Part shown: positions 63,538-64,000 of the stretch, one piece after another | Position numbering within the stretch: position 1 is the stretch's first letter | Layout of the letters: every line of letters starts with the position of its first letter | DNA from: Malacoraja senta | Taxonomy: Eukaryota | Length of the DNA: 64,000 nt | Reading direction: 5' to 3' | Assembly: GCA_038087875.1 (NCBI GenBank) | Contig: CM075990.1 | Location: 15,006,001 to 15,070,000, forward strand | Program-made: the position numbers and the translations under genes | Notes under the pieces: model-generated | The model's input: the letters and a program-made list of their open reading frames with translations, nothing else | What the model was told of the DNA's origin: nothing | The model's database searches: none

Positions 63538-63786
63538 TCATCCTCCCACGTGGCAGATACAAGGTCACCACCCAGGTTCCATGAACATCCTCTGTGTATG
63601 CTTGAACCCAGCTGCAGATACAATGGTTCTGGTCTTACAATGAAGTCTTGAGAAAACTGCTGCTCACAACATCATTACTCTGTGCAGACACAGAAGGTCA
63701 CGCAAAGCAGGATGCACTTAATCCATGCTAAAAAGCGAACACTCAGAGATACATTCAGTTATCTTGGCACTTTTCTCTACAAGTAA

Positions 63787-64000
63787 AAGCCCTGTTTCAC
63801 TGTGCGAGTTGACCCACGAGTGACCCCGAGTGAAAGACTCGTGGTTGCGTACGAGACTACAAGTTTATGATCCAGAGTTTAACCGAGTTCCCACGGGTAT
63901 GTCTAAGTTTGCCGTTTACTTCTCATTTCTGCGATGTTCCAAGTTCGTCTCCCGAGTGTACCAAGTTCCTCTCCCGTTAATCTTGAGGCAACAATGTATA
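63787..64000. mobile_element. Harbinger-like MITE, left part, runs off the window
   Basis: TAA followed by AAGCCCTGTTTCACTGTGCGAG, resembling the other MITE termini. CpG-rich interior. Confidence 0.55.

Overview
Repeat-dense eukaryotic non-coding DNA. The repeat set (HE1-type V-SINEs, HER1/CR1, L2, Rex1/Babar, RTE-derived elements, Neptune-type Penelope elements, Harbinger-like MITEs) points to a cartilaginous fish, probably a skate (inference). I found no host protein-coding exon I can support; the recognisable ORFs are retroelement remnants. The main discovery is a set of short, ORF-less retroposons with no Pol III promoter, from four families (29017-29207 plus a truncated copy at 18506; 45394-45524 and 61282-61419; 7516-7887 and 59663-59818; 48560-48872). 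Their 5' ends fold by hand into HDV/CPEB3-type self-cleaving ribozymes. In five TSD-flanked copies, nucleotide 1 of the fold sits at the target-site-duplication (TSD) boundary, and the P1.1 pair covaries between families. One family closely resembles the mammalian CPEB3 ribozyme. One copy appears to be the local source of another through a 3' transduction 52 kb away. Penelope-derived mini-elements carry minimal hammerhead cores. All structures were paired by eye and no activity has been shown. Boundaries of old repeats are approximate.
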